Shown here: positions 15,996 through 22,766 of the stretch, one piece after another
How positions within the stretch are numbered: the stretch's first letter is position 1
How the letters are laid out: every line of letters begins with the position of its first letter
Assembly: GCA_963718895.1 (NCBI GenBank)
Contig: CAVRAG010000007.1
Coordinates: forward strand, 435,988 to 459,987
DNA length: 24,000 bases
Source of the DNA: an uncultured Nitrososphaerota archaeon
GTDB taxonomy: Archaea; Thermoproteota; Nitrososphaeria; Nitrososphaerales; Gagatemarchaeaceae
Direction of reading: 5' to 3'
Position numbers and translations under genes: made by a program
The notes under the pieces: generated by a model
The model's input: only the letters and a program-made list of their open reading frames with translations
Told to the model about the DNA's origin: nothing
The model's database searches: none

Positions 15996-17496
15996 ATGAA
16001 GGAGTACGACGTCATCGTCATAGGAACGGGGTCCGCGACGAACCTGCTCGATCCGATGATCCAGAGAAACCCCAAGATCAAGATAGCGGCCATCGACAAG
16101 GACGAGCCGGGTGGCATCTGCCTGACGCGCGGCTGCATCCCGTCGAAGCTGCTGCTCTATCCCGCAGAGCTCGTGAGGACGTTGGAGAAGGGAAACGACC
16201 TCGGGGTCTCAGCTGAGGTGAAGGTCGACTTTCCCAAGATCATGAGGCGGATGAGGACACTCGTCGACAGAGACATCAATTCCATCAGGGAGGGCCTCTC
16301 GACCAGCCCGAACATAGACTACTACCACGCCTCGGCCGAATTCGTCGCGCCTTACACCTTGCAGGTGGCGGACGAGACGATACGAGGGAAGCAGCTCTTC
16401 CTCTGCACCGGTTCCCGCACAGCCATTCCGCCGATAGAGAACCTTGAGAAGGTGGGTTACCTGACCAGCGACAGCGTACTGAGACTCACGAGGCTCCCCG
16501 CGAGCATCGCCATAATCGGAGGGGGGTACATCGCCGCCGAGTACGGCCACTTCTTCTCGAGCATGGGATCCACCGTCACGATACTGGGGAGGAACAGCCA
16601 GTTCCTGCCCGGTTACGAGCCGGAGGTCGCGCTCGTCGCGCGGCGGGAGCTCGAGAGGCACATGACGATAATCACCAACAGGGAGGTGGTAGAGGCTGGG
16701 GAGAAGGACGGTGTGAAGACCCTGAAGGCAAAGGACAATGAGAGCGGGGAGATCTCGGTGGTTGAAGCGGAGGAGGTGATGGTCGCCGCGGGGAGGGAAT
16801 CGCTCGTCGACATTCTCCATCCCGAGAGGGCCGGAATCACGACGGGTCCCGGCGGCTGGATCGCCGTAGACGAGTACATGCAGACGAGTCAGCCGAACGT
16901 CTGGGCGCTGGGTGACGCCGACGGCAGGTACCTCTTCAAGCACGTAGCGAACTACGAGTCGCGGGTAGTCTACTACAACGCGGTCTTGGAGCAGAGGATG
17001 AAGGCGGACTATCACGCCGTTCCCTCACGCGGTCTTCACCTACCCGGAGGCCGCCGGGGTCGGACTGACTGAGAAGGAGGCGGTCGAGCTCAACGGGGAG
17101 GAAGACGTCGTGATCGGGTTCTATCAGTACGAGAACACCGCCAAGGGCGAGGCGATGGGCGCCAAGGACTACTTCGTCAAGGCCGTCGTGCAGCGCAGCT
17201 CGATGAGGATCCTGGGAGCTCAGATAGTCGGTCCCCACGCGTCTATCCTGATACAGGAGATCGTGAACGTGATGTACACCCCCGAGCAGAGCGCCTCGGT
17301 GGTGAACCAGGCCATGCACATCCACCCGGCATTGAGCGAGGTCGTACAGCGAGCATTCTCTCGCTCGTGCCCCCTGGCGACTACCATCACATGCTTGGTC
17401 ACCTCGGACTCGAGGCCCACGAGGACGACCACCACGACGAGTAGCGCCCACAGCCGCGGAGCAGGACCACACCCTCGGCGGGCGTCACGCTCTTAA
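15996..17496 (+). pseudogene. Class-I pyridine nucleotide-disulfide oxidoreductase (dihydrolipoamide dehydrogenase/mycothione reductase-like), frame-disrupted
   Basis: The start MKEYDVIVIGTGSATN (FAD fold) is followed by the redox-active GGICLTRGCIPSK. Frame 3 stops at 17072 after ...KADYHAVP. The conserved continuation HAVFTYPEAAGVGLTEKEA...HIHPALSEVV is in frame 1 from 17026 (track ORF 17110..17496). The break is a one-base excess at CCC 17022..17024. Confidence 0.8.
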
Positions 17497-17522
17497 GCAG
17501 GAAGGAGTGTGTCCTGGCGACC

Positions 17523-18086
17523 GTGATCATACTGCCTGACGCCTTCAACTTCGGGGAGGCCGACACGGTCGTCACCTTCGTCAGCTCCCTGGCAATTATC
17601 CTGGGCGCCGTCTTCGTCGTCTTCGAGCTGAGAGACAACAAGAGGATGGTCGCCGCAGCGAACGAGCAGGCAAGGGCCGCCACGCTCCAGGCCAAGGCGA
17701 GCACCGAGCAGATGAAGCAGACCAACACCATCGCAGACATGGACATGATCATGCGACTCTACGAGTTCGCCAACACCAGGGAGTTCCAGACCTCGTGGCT
17801 GACCGTGCTGAACTCAAGGCTCAGTTCCTTCGAGGAATTCGAGAAGCTGCCGAGAGAGGAACAGGTCGCGTTCTACCAGGTGGCCTCGCTCTTCGAGTCG
17901 CTGGGAGTCCTGGCGAAGATGGAGATCGTCAAGCTCGAAACGGTGGAGGACATGTTCGTCCCAGAGACCGCATGGACGGCGATGAAGCCCTTCCTGGAGG
18001 GCGTCCCATCGAAGTACGGTGGGGAGGGGTTCACCTACTTCGAGAAGCTGAAGGACGACATCGCCAAGCTCCACGCGCAGCCCTGA
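17523..18086 (+). CDS. Membrane-anchored hypothetical protein (single N-terminal TM helix plus helical domain; DUF4760-like by pattern)
   Basis: 187 aa with a GTG start. The TM segment is VVTFVSSLAIILGAVFVVFEL. It is followed by a helical region with ...VAFYQVASLFESLGVLAKMEIVKLETVEDMF... Confidence 0.55.
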   Translation: MIILPDAFNFGEADTVVTFVSSLAIILGAVFVVFELRDNKRMVAAANEQARAATLQAKASTEQMKQTNTIADMDMIMRLYEFANTREFQTSWLTVLNSRLSSFEEFEKLPREEQVAFYQVASLFESLGVLAKMEIVKLETVEDMFVPETAWTAMKPFLEGVPSKYGGEGFTYFEKLKDDIAKLHAQP

Positions 18087-18179
18087 GCCGGGCAAAGTCG
18101 TCAACGGCCGACCGGTACCTCTCGTCCACGCCTCGAGGACAGCGGGCCGGACGGAACCTGATCCTCCTGCGACCTCACG

Positions 18180-18620
18180 CTACTGGTTTTCGCCGAGTAT
18201 TGTGAAGAAGGTCTCAGCTGTCATGTACGTTCCGTCCGAGGGGACGTGGAGACTGCACCTCATCGGCTTGATGTACTTCGTCGGTTCTGCCAGCTTGATG
18301 ACCAGCATCTCATCGCTCTCGGTCTTGCCGGAGCTCGCCAGATACTCGTCGAGTTCCTGACCAGAGAGGCACAGGTCGCCCCCGTACCGCCGGACTCCGC
18401 TGACGGGCTCACGGGACACGCTCGAGACCCTTCCCTCTGCGTCGAGGAACCTCGCGCCTCCGGAGACATACAGGAACGCCCTGTCTCCCGGCTCGAGGTC
18501 AGACGGAAACTCGTCGACGAAGAGCGCGATGATTGGGCGATGGTGTAGCACCCTGTTTATGGTCTCCCCTTCGAGGGGCAGTATTATCCCGGTGACGCCG
18601 TTCTTGCCCACGCCGGGCAC
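18180..18620 (-). CDS. Hypothetical protein, possibly PUA-like/ASCH-fold
   Basis: 146 aa. Its GTG start directly abuts the NiCoT stop (TAG-GTG). The pattern GIILPLEGETINRVL...LEPGDRAFLYVSGG...AEGRVSSV...ELDEYL...LVIKL.EPTKYIKP resembles ASCH-type small barrels. This assignment is tentative. Confidence 0.5.
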   Translation of the reverse strand: MPGVGKNGVTGIILPLEGETINRVLHHRPIIALFVDEFPSDLEPGDRAFLYVSGGARFLDAEGRVSSVSREPVSGVRRYGGDLCLSGQELDEYLASSGKTESDEMLVIKLAEPTKYIKPMRCSLHVPSDGTYMTAETFFTILGENQ

Positions 18621-19718
18621 CTACGGCTGTGCGCTGATAGAGCCACCGGTCGGGGCCGAGACGGCCAAGATGTTGGAGTACTTCTGTTCGAACCCGTTCA
18701 GCCGCCAGTAGGCCATAGAGACGACCCAAGACACGACGAAGAGACCTACGATGCCGAAGCCGATGGTCTCAAAGTCCAGGCCCTGTACCCAGATCCAGAA
18801 ACCGCCCGAAAGCCTGAGTTCTGTCGAGAGGACCTGGAGCACCTCTATCGAACCGACGACCCACGCCACCATCACCGAGATTATCGTCACCGTGAGGTTG
18901 TAGTAGACCTTCCTCAGCGGATGGAGGAAGGCCCACCCGTAGGCGACCCTCATCAGGACCCCGTCGGTCGTGTCGACGAGGACCATCCCGCAGGTGAACA
19001 TCAGGGGCAGGACCAGGATGTAGTAGAGTGGTATGCTCGTGGACACCCCGACCCCCACGCTGATCGCGATCAGCGCGACCTCGGTCGCCGTGTCGAAGCC
19101 CAGGCCGAACAGGACCCCAATCGGGTAGATCTGCCACGGCTTCTTGACGATCTTGAACAAGGGATGGAAGTACCGGTTCAGGAAGCCGCGGTTCTCCATC
19201 AGTCTGTCGAGCTCGGCCTGGTCCGTCTTCCCTTCCTTCATTGCCCTGAAGATCCTGTAGACCCCTAGGACGATCAGGACGTTCACGAGGCCGATAATCC
19301 ACAGGAACCCTCCGGAGATCAGGGTGCCGAAGACGTTGCCAGCAGCCTGCAATTCAGGTATGCTCGCGCTGACGGCTCGAGTGGCCACCACGAGCGCCAC
19401 GATAAGCCCCACTACGATCGTGGAGTGACCCAGAGAGAACCAGGTCCCGACGGTCAGGGGACGCTTGTTCTCCTGAATGAGCTTCCGGGTCGTGTTGTCT
19501 ATTGCCGCTATGTGATCCGCGTCGACCCCGTGGCGGAGGCCGAAGACGTATGAGACGAGGCCCAGCCCAGCGAGGACGATCGCCATGCGCCCAATGGCGA
19601 ATGACGCAAGGAAACCAAACACCGTGACAGCTATTATGAGTCCATAGAGCAGGACCACCCTGACCTTCTCGGTGCCGGTGAGACCCATGACCGACTCAGC
19701 CTCTCGTGCCACTCCCAT
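18621..19718 (-). CDS. NiCoT-family nickel/cobalt permease (HoxN/NixA type)
   Basis: 365 aa and polytopic. The signature GLRHGVDADHIAAIDNTTRKL (H-x4-D-H) is followed by WFSLGHSTIV. The start is ATG 19718 or ATG 19688 (Met11). Confidence 0.92.
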   Translation of the reverse strand: MGVAREAESVMGLTGTEKVRVVLLYGLIIAVTVFGFLASFAIGRMAIVLAGLGLVSYVFGLRHGVDADHIAAIDNTTRKLIQENKRPLTVGTWFSLGHSTIVVGLIVALVVATRAVSASIPELQAAGNVFGTLISGGFLWIIGLVNVLIVLGVYRIFRAMKEGKTDQAELDRLMENRGFLNRYFHPLFKIVKKPWQIYPIGVLFGLGFDTATEVALIAISVGVGVSTSIPLYYILVLPLMFTCGMVLVDTTDGVLMRVAYGWAFLHPLRKVYYNLTVTIISVMVAWVVGSIEVLQVLSTELRLSGGFWIWVQGLDFETIGFGIVGLFVVSWVVSMAYWRLNGFEQKYSNILAVSAPTGGSISAQP

Positions 19719-19724
19719 CGCCCC

Positions 19725-19730
19725 TTTAAC
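19725..19730 (-). promoter_or_regulatory. Possible TATA-like box for NiCoT
   Basis: The minus strand reads GTTAAA. It is only about 8 nt from ATG 19718 but about 40 nt from ATG 19688. This is a weak call. Confidence 0.25.
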
Positions 19731-19742
19731 CTCTCAGTTTGC

Positions 19743-19781
19743 AAAAACAGTGGTGACGGAGGAGCATCACGCTCCTCCGTC
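19743..19781 (-). terminator. Stem-loop followed by T5 between the DUF4331 gene and NiCoT
   Basis: A perfect 11-bp stem GACGGAGGAGC/GCTCCTCCGTC (19755..19765 and 19771..19781) has a 5-nt loop. On the transcribed strand it begins 8 nt after the DUF4331 stop and is followed 7 nt later by TTTTT (19743..19747). Confidence 0.4.
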
Positions 19782-19789
19782 CGTCGTTC

Positions 19790-21247
19790 TCAGTTCTGCA
19801 GTGCCTCCGCCGTGTTCGCCAGGTAGCCCTGGTACGGGTGAGGCAGGTACGGGAAGTTGCTCAGGTAGGGCACGGGGTTGGTGGTTCCGTCGTTGAGCAG
19901 CGACGCGGCTGCGTCGGCGGTGAACTTGCTGTTCACGAGCGGGATGGTCGCCCCTGCGATCGCCTGGAGCTCGATTGCCGTCACGTTGTCGAAGACCCTC
20001 CGCCCGTTCGGGAAGCCGGAGGCGTCTCCTCCCAGGAGCCCCAGCCTGTTCGAGGCGTTCGCGGCAGGGTTCGTCGTGGTTATCGCTGGCGGGATGGCCA
20101 GGTTCAGTCGCAGCTCGTCCGCCTGGACGGTGCCCGTGTAGTTCTGGAAGCCTGCGATGATCCCGGTCGGGATGCCCGTGAGCAGGATCGCGACGAGGTC
20201 GGGCCGCGTGCTGTTCGAGGTGGAGTAGGCCGCGAGGTTCGGGAAGACGCCCGGGTAGAGGACCGGCAGCAGTCCCTGGAGCTGAGGGCTGTTGTACGAT
20301 GCCAGGAACTGAGAGTCGGCCGCCGGCGCCTGCTGGTTCCAGTAGTCCTTCTGGAGGAGGGGGATCATGACCTCGTTGATCAAGGGGTTCCCGAGGCGGG
20401 AGACCTGCAACCATGGACCCGCGAGCTCTGCGATGGGTGCGTTGTACTGGTCGGTCTCGAGCACCCTGACCCTCTGGCGGCTCGCGGAGCTCCAGACGCC
20501 TATGGTCGCGTTGGGATCGCTCACGCCTGTCGGGAGCTTCCCCGTGCTCGTCAGTTCGGTGATCGGGACCTGGATCGCTATCGAGTGGACGTTGAAGCTG
20601 CTCGTCCCGTCGACGCCAGTGGTGGTCGGCGGTGTGGGTATCAGGTGGTCGCTTGCGAAGGGCCTCAGTGTGCCGAGGTCGAAGATTGACCCGAGGTCGA
20701 CGTAGAACCCGTCTGCCCTGGGTCCCGCGAAGACGGTCTGGCCCGTCGCCAGCGTGTAGACTGTGTTGGGGAATATTGCGGTGTCGTAGTTGGCGGTCGA
20801 CCTCGGTCCGATGTCGGGAGGTGGGACCAGCAGCCCGGTCGCTAGGGTGACGTTGTCCGACGAGAACTGGTCCCTTCTTGACCCGTTGACCTTTGTGACG
20901 CTGTACGTCTGCCAGACGTTCAGGTTGGTGAAGCTCTTGGTGCTCGAGTTGTACGATATCGGTCCGACGTTGTAGAGGAAGGTGGCGCTGTTGGCGACGT
21001 GCGTCTGGAACCGGAACTGGTACGTGATCTCCTCCGCCCCGTCCCCGTCGTTGTCTATCATTATCTCGTAGAGCACGTTCGGGTCGAACCGATAGAAGTT
21101 CGGCCCCGCGGCCGCGCCCTGAAGCGGGATGAAGTTCGAGATCAGGGTCACCGTTGAGGGCTTGTCGGGGCTTACGAAGGCATAGACGTCAGTGTTGTCC
21201 GCGGCCGGGTCCGAGGATATTCCAGGAGCTTCTCTGTGGGAGGTCAT
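19790..21247 (-). CDS. DUF4331-family protein (function unknown), without signal peptide
   Basis: 485 aa. The N-terminus MTSHREAPGISSDPAADNTDVYAFVSPDKPSTVTLISNFIPLQ...GPNFYRFDPNVLYEIMIDNDGDG... and the later ...QVSRLGNPLINEVMIP..KDYWN... and ...GFPNGRRVFDNV... match the conserved DUF4331 blocks as I remember them. Confidence 0.85.
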   Translation of the reverse strand: MTSHREAPGISSDPAADNTDVYAFVSPDKPSTVTLISNFIPLQGAAAGPNFYRFDPNVLYEIMIDNDGDGAEEITYQFRFQTHVANSATFLYNVGPISYNSSTKSFTNLNVWQTYSVTKVNGSRRDQFSSDNVTLATGLLVPPPDIGPRSTANYDTAIFPNTVYTLATGQTVFAGPRADGFYVDLGSIFDLGTLRPFASDHLIPTPPTTTGVDGTSSFNVHSIAIQVPITELTSTGKLPTGVSDPNATIGVWSSASRQRVRVLETDQYNAPIAELAGPWLQVSRLGNPLINEVMIPLLQKDYWNQQAPAADSQFLASYNSPQLQGLLPVLYPGVFPNLAAYSTSNSTRPDLVAILLTGIPTGIIAGFQNYTGTVQADELRLNLAIPPAITTTNPAANASNRLGLLGGDASGFPNGRRVFDNVTAIELQAIAGATIPLVNSKFTADAAASLLNDGTTNPVPYLSNFPYLPHPYQGYLANTAEALQN

Positions 21248-21248
21248 C

Positions 21249-21566
21249 CTAGTCGAACCTCGCGTGGATCGCGCTCCTCAGCTTCGAGGCGAGCGCGGCG
21301 TCCTGTATCTTGATCCCCTGAAGACCGCTGTAGCTGCTTACGATGTCCCCTTTGATGACGAGGACGGTCGTCCCTGTGGGGTCCTGCGAGGCCGTGCCGG
21401 TGCCCGCTGCGCTCGCGGGCAGGCTCGCTGGCTTTGCCGGGGCGTTCTGGACCGGGCTTGCCTGAACCCCCCCGGAGAGGTTCCCAAGGTATGGGGCCGC
21501 GGCCAGGGCCGCAGTTGCCGCCATCGCTCCCTTGATGGCATCTCTTCTTGAAAGATAGATTGACAT
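21249..21566 (-). CDS. Small Tat-signal protein of unknown function
   Basis: The internal ATG at 21566 of ORF 21249..21932 gives a 105-aa product starting MSIYLSRRDAIKGAMAATAALAAAPY: a twin-arginine motif S-R-R-x-A-I-K plus an h-region. It continues with a Pro/Ala/Ser/Thr linker and a roughly 45-aa C-terminal module. The stop lies 1 nt before the DUF4331 ATG, and a TATA-like box lies about 29 nt upstream. Confidence 0.6.
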   Translation of the reverse strand: MSIYLSRRDAIKGAMAATAALAAAPYLGNLSGGVQASPVQNAPAKPASLPASAAGTGTASQDPTGTTVLVIKGDIVSSYSGLQGIKIQDAALASKLRSAIHARFD

Positions 21567-21590
21567 GAACCTAAATTCTGGGGTTACCGT

Positions 21591-21598
21591 CTTTATAC
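21591..21598 (-). promoter_or_regulatory. TATA-like box for the Tat-signal protein/DUF4331 unit
   Basis: The minus strand reads AAGTATAAAG, centred about 29 nt upstream of ATG 21566. Confidence 0.45.
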
Positions 21599-21725
21599 TT
21601 AGGCCGAGATTACACCCAATTCTCGCCCGAATCCTGTCTGTGATGAGATTCCTGCAATAATTGTGCAGAACTCTGGTCTGAAGCGCATAACCTACACCAA
21701 AAAGGGTACGGCCGGCGCGCCGAAC

Positions 21726-21733
21726 GTTTATTG
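21726..21733 (+). promoter_or_regulatory. TATA-like box for the NTF2-like gene
   Basis: GTTTATTG is centred about 27 nt upstream of ATG 21757. Confidence 0.4.
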
Positions 21734-21756
21734 AGCGTCCGTGGAAGCGTGGGCCT

Positions 21757-22227
21757 ATGGAGAATGGGGCGAATGTGTTAATCGACCGCGCCGCGGTCGC
21801 AGACACGGTCACGAGGCTCTTCGTCAACACAGATGAGAGAAACTGGAAGGGTGTGGCGGACTGCTTTGCCTCCAAAGTTCTCTTCGACATGTCCTCACTC
21901 TCGGGAAGCAAGCCTTCGAGAGTTGGCCCCAAGAAGATCGTCGATCAGTGGGAGTCCGGGCTAAGAGGGCTGACGGCGGTCCACCACCAGATAGGGAACA
22001 TGCTGGTCAGCGTGGAAAGTGGTGAGGCGATGGCGTTCTGCTATGCGACCGCGACCCATTACTTCCCCAACCCGACCGGGAACGAGACACGGACCTTCGT
22101 GGGGACCTACGACATCCACCTAATGAGGTCCGAGGACGGCTGGAGGATAGACGCGTTCAGGTTCAATCTGAAGTTCAGTGAGGGCAACGCGCTCCTCTCC
22201 GACTTGGCAAGGAAGGCATCCCGGTAG
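21757..22227 (+). CDS. NTF2-like/SnoaL-like family protein
   Basis: 156 aa. The translation ...RAAVADTVTRLFVNTDERNWKGVADCFA..VLFDMSS...HHQIGN...GTYDIHLMRSEDGWRIDAFRFNLKF is the typical SnoaL_4/NTF2 cone pattern. Confidence 0.75.
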   Translation: MENGANVLIDRAAVADTVTRLFVNTDERNWKGVADCFASKVLFDMSSLSGSKPSRVGPKKIVDQWESGLRGLTAVHHQIGNMLVSVESGEAMAFCYATATHYFPNPTGNETRTFVGTYDIHLMRSEDGWRIDAFRFNLKFSEGNALLSDLARKASR

Positions 22228-22238
22228 GAGCGGAGCCA

Positions 22239-22766
22239 TCACGCGGGGCCCGGATGCTCTACGGCGGCGGGCTCCAAAGTCTCCTTGACCAGGATCACCT
22301 CTCCCGGGACGACCCACATGCTCCTGTACATCGACAGCGCCTTGAACGCGCCGTACCTCTTCGAGACCTGGCCGAAGTCGGTCCTCCTGAAACCCTGGCC
22401 TTTGAAGAGGGCGTTCGACTCCACGTTGTGCTCCCCCACAGACGCATACACCTCGACTGCCCGAGCTCGGGCGAAGAACTCGATCGAGTCCTTCACGAGT
22501 CGGCCCCCGATCCCTCTCCCGCGGAAGGAGGGAACGACGGCGATGTAGTAGACGTAGCCCGCCTCTTCTCCTAGTAGTTTTAGCATCGCAAGACCGATCG
22601 TCTCGTCGCCGAGCCGGGCGACCCTGACCGATTCCACCTCCTCCAGAATCCGCTTCGCATGCCTAAGGTAGATACCCGTGAAGCTCTTCTCCAGCACCTG
22701 GACGAGCGAGTCTCTCTCCTCGGGCGCCGCGTCCCCGATCGCCACGTCGGCCGCCTCGGAAGTCAA
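22239..22766 (-). CDS. GNAT-family N-acetyltransferase
   Basis: 175 aa with a TTG start, forming a TTGA overlap with the upstream stop. The acetyl-CoA motif is YYIAVVPSFRGRGIGGRLVKDSIEFF. Confidence 0.85.
   Translation of the reverse strand: MTSEAADVAIGDAAPEERDSLVQVLEKSFTGIYLRHAKRILEEVESVRVARLGDETIGLAMLKLLGEEAGYVYYIAVVPSFRGRGIGGRLVKDSIEFFARARAVEVYASVGEHNVESNALFKGQGFRRTDFGQVSKRYGAFKALSMYRSMWVVPGEVILVKETLEPAAVEHPGPA

Noticed and set aside
17399-17752. A very hydrophobic 117-aa minus-strand ORF (MIMSMSAMVLVCFICSVLALAWSV...) that could pass as a small membrane protein.
   Set aside because: It is fully antisense to the 5' part of the 17523..18086 gene and the oxidoreductase tail. Its C-terminal half is low-complexity, and its hydrophobicity mirrors the Ala/Glu-rich sense frame. 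I kept the longer plus-strand gene.
21648-21665. An AT-rich mini-palindrome CAATAATTG flanked by TGC...TGC in the 21.6 kb intergenic region.
   Set aside because: It is a 9-nt palindrome in the most AT-rich spacer of the window, which is too short to distinguish from chance.
21567-21932. The N-terminal 122 aa of track ORF 21249..21932, which would make a 227-aa protein.
   Set aside because: The extension crosses the AT-rich divergent promoter and overlaps the NTF2-like gene. The Tat signal makes sense only at the N-terminus, and ATG 21566 has a TATA-like box about 29 nt upstream.
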